Shown: one piece after another, positions 45,024-46,041 of the stretch
How the letters are laid out: each line of letters begins with the position of its first letter
Numbering within the stretch: position 1 is the first letter of the stretch
The notes under the pieces: generated by a model
What the model saw: the letters and a program-made list of their open reading frames with translations, nothing else
What the model was told of the DNA's origin: nothing
The model's database searches: none
Source: Burkholderiales bacterium
GTDB taxonomy: Bacteria > Pseudomonadota > Gammaproteobacteria > Burkholderiales > SG8-41
Reading direction: 5' to 3'
Length of the DNA stretch: 46,041 nucleotides
Assembly: GCA_040081205.1 (NCBI GenBank)
Contig: JBEBHE010000001.1
Coordinates: 1 to 46,041, forward strand
Position numbers and translations under genes: made by a program

Positions 45024-45683
45024 TTACCTGATACTGCGAATTTGCTGCATGGTGAGTTCACCCAACCCGTCAACAGTGACGCGTGTTCCATTGCTGCCCG
45101 GCAGCACGCCTGTGACCAGGCCGGTTGCAACCGGTGTGGATGCGATTTTCTGACTGGCACCTGTCGCGACCACCTGGAAGGTATAGGCGCCGGGCGCCAT
45201 CGTCGCGCCGGCATCGTTGCGGCCATCCCATTCGAAAGTCACGAGACCGCTGTCGCGCGGACCCAGTTCAAGCTGGCGCACAAGATTCCCCGCCGGCCCG
45301 TTGATATTGACCTTGACGCTATCGGCGGCACGATCCAGCTGCATACCGGCACGTGCCGGCGCGCCGGCGGCGAGCGTCAGCGTGTTGCCGTCCGCCAGCA
45401 CGGTGCGTCCGATCAGCGATGCAGACTGCAGCGATTGGCCGGAGAGGAACGACGCCGACATCGCGCTGAGCGTGTTGTTGAGCTTCTCGATACCGTTGAC
45501 CGTGTTGATTTGCGCCAACTGCGATGTCACCTGCGCGTTGTCGAGCGGGTTCAACGGATCCTGATTTTTCATCTGCGTCACCAGCAGCTTCAAAAAACGA
45601 TCCTGAATCGCACTGGTGCTCGACGCCGGTGCCGTTGCGCCGCTGGTTCCGGTGGCCTTCGCCACATCCTGAATAACATTCAT
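45024..45683 (-). CDS. flgD: Flagellar hook capping / assembly protein
   Basis: ORF track, 219 aa. ...IQDRFLKLLVTQMKNQDPLNPLDNAQVTSQLAQINTVNGIEKL...GAYTFQV. Confidence 0.96.
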   Translation of the reverse strand: MNVIQDVAKATGTSGATAPASSTSAIQDRFLKLLVTQMKNQDPLNPLDNAQVTSQLAQINTVNGIEKLNNTLSAMSASFLSGQSLQSASLIGRTVLADGNTLTLAAGAPARAGMQLDRAADSVKVNINGPAGNLVRQLELGPRDSGLVTFEWDGRNDAGATMAPGAYTFQVVATGASQKIASTPVATGLVTGVLPGSNGTRVTVDGLGELTMQQIRSIR

Positions 45684-45701
45684 ATCATCACCTCAATCTG
45701 T

Positions 45702-46041
45702 CTAAGAGCCGAGTTGCAGGGTTTTCAACAACAATGTTTTCGCCGTGTTCATCACTTCGACGTTGTTCTGATACGACCGGGAAGCCGAAATCATATTGAC
45801 CATTTCATCCACCACATTCACGTTGGGCATGGAGATGTAGCCCTGCGAATCCGCCAGCGGGTGCTTGGGGTCATGGATTTTTTTCAACGGCGATTGATCT
45901 TCGATCACACTGCTCACGCGCACACTGCTGGCATCGGCGCCGGCGATCGGCACCGTGCTGAACACCACCTGTTTCGCGCGGTACGGCGTGCCGTCGGGAC
46001 CGGTGGCGCTGTCTGCATTGGCGAGGTTGCTCGCCACGGTG
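45702..46041 (-). CDS. flgC: Flagellar proximal rod protein FlgC (N-terminus beyond the right edge)
   Basis: The frame stays open to the window edge (the track's M at 46037 is an internal GTG/Val): ...[27 protein letters not shown]...[45 protein letters not shown]. Confidence 0.93.
   Translation of the reverse strand, partial: TVASNLANADSATGPDGTPYRAKQVVFSTVPIAGADASSVRVSSVIEDQSPLKKIHDPKHPLADSQGYISMPNVNVVDEMVNMISASRSYQNNVEVMNTAKTLLLKTLQLGS

Noticed and set aside
45011-45226. 72-codon N-terminal extension of flgE in the track ORF. The same issue applies to 9452-9517 (fliC), 15580-15666 (ycgR-like), 23943-23978 (fliE) and 33838-33897 (fliQ).
   Set aside because: The extensions overlap upstream genes or lack similarity. 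In each case the conserved family N-terminus starts at an internal ATG preceded by a good Shine-Dalgarno.
1-46041. Looked for tRNA/rRNA, CRISPR arrays, IS/transposase/integrase genes, phage or toxin-antitoxin modules, and defence-system hallmarks
   Set aside because: I found none. Every long ORF is accounted for by flagellar or signal-transduction families, apart from the one lipoprotein. No direct-repeat arrays or terminal inverted repeats were noticed by eye.

Overview
GC-rich proteobacterial window. Gene content and order (FlgJ with a muramidase domain, fliO present, fliC-flaG-fliDST) suggest a betaproteobacterium, but that is inference. A flagellar super-locus dominates: fliC-flaG-fliD-fliS-fliT (+), fliE (-) divergent from fliFGHIJKLMNOPQR (+), and the convergent flgC(partial)-D-E-F-G-H-I-J-K-L (-). 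All structural genes look intact. A dense set of signalling genes surrounds and interleaves these blocks: five GGDEF-domain proteins (one catalytically degenerate, one also carrying EAL), a YcgR-type PilZ flagellar brake, three histidine kinases and one NarL-type regulator. I saw no rRNA, tRNA, CRISPR, transposase, integrase or phage genes, so this is core motility DNA rather than an obvious accessory island. Points worth a second look: (1) a cheY-cheZ pair eroded to a start-less, stop-interrupted, deletion-fused relic beside fliE; (2) a near-consensus sigma-28 promoter in front of a diguanylate cyclase, architecturally a twin of the fliC promoter; (3) FlgJ with a diverged tandem duplication of its whole muramidase domain; (4) a second FliK-like protein coupled to an FlhB-C-terminal-only (FlhX-like) protein and a YcgR-like brake, appended to fliDST; (5) a degenerate GGDEF protein (EDDEF) keeping the RxxD site, next to a sensor-less kinase and a REC-PAS-GGDEF-EAL protein; (6) an unrecognised lipoprotein coupled to the end of the flg operon. 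All product names come from motif recognition in the supplied translations and my own hand translations. No BLAST, HMM or folding was run, and start codons and promoter calls are provisional.
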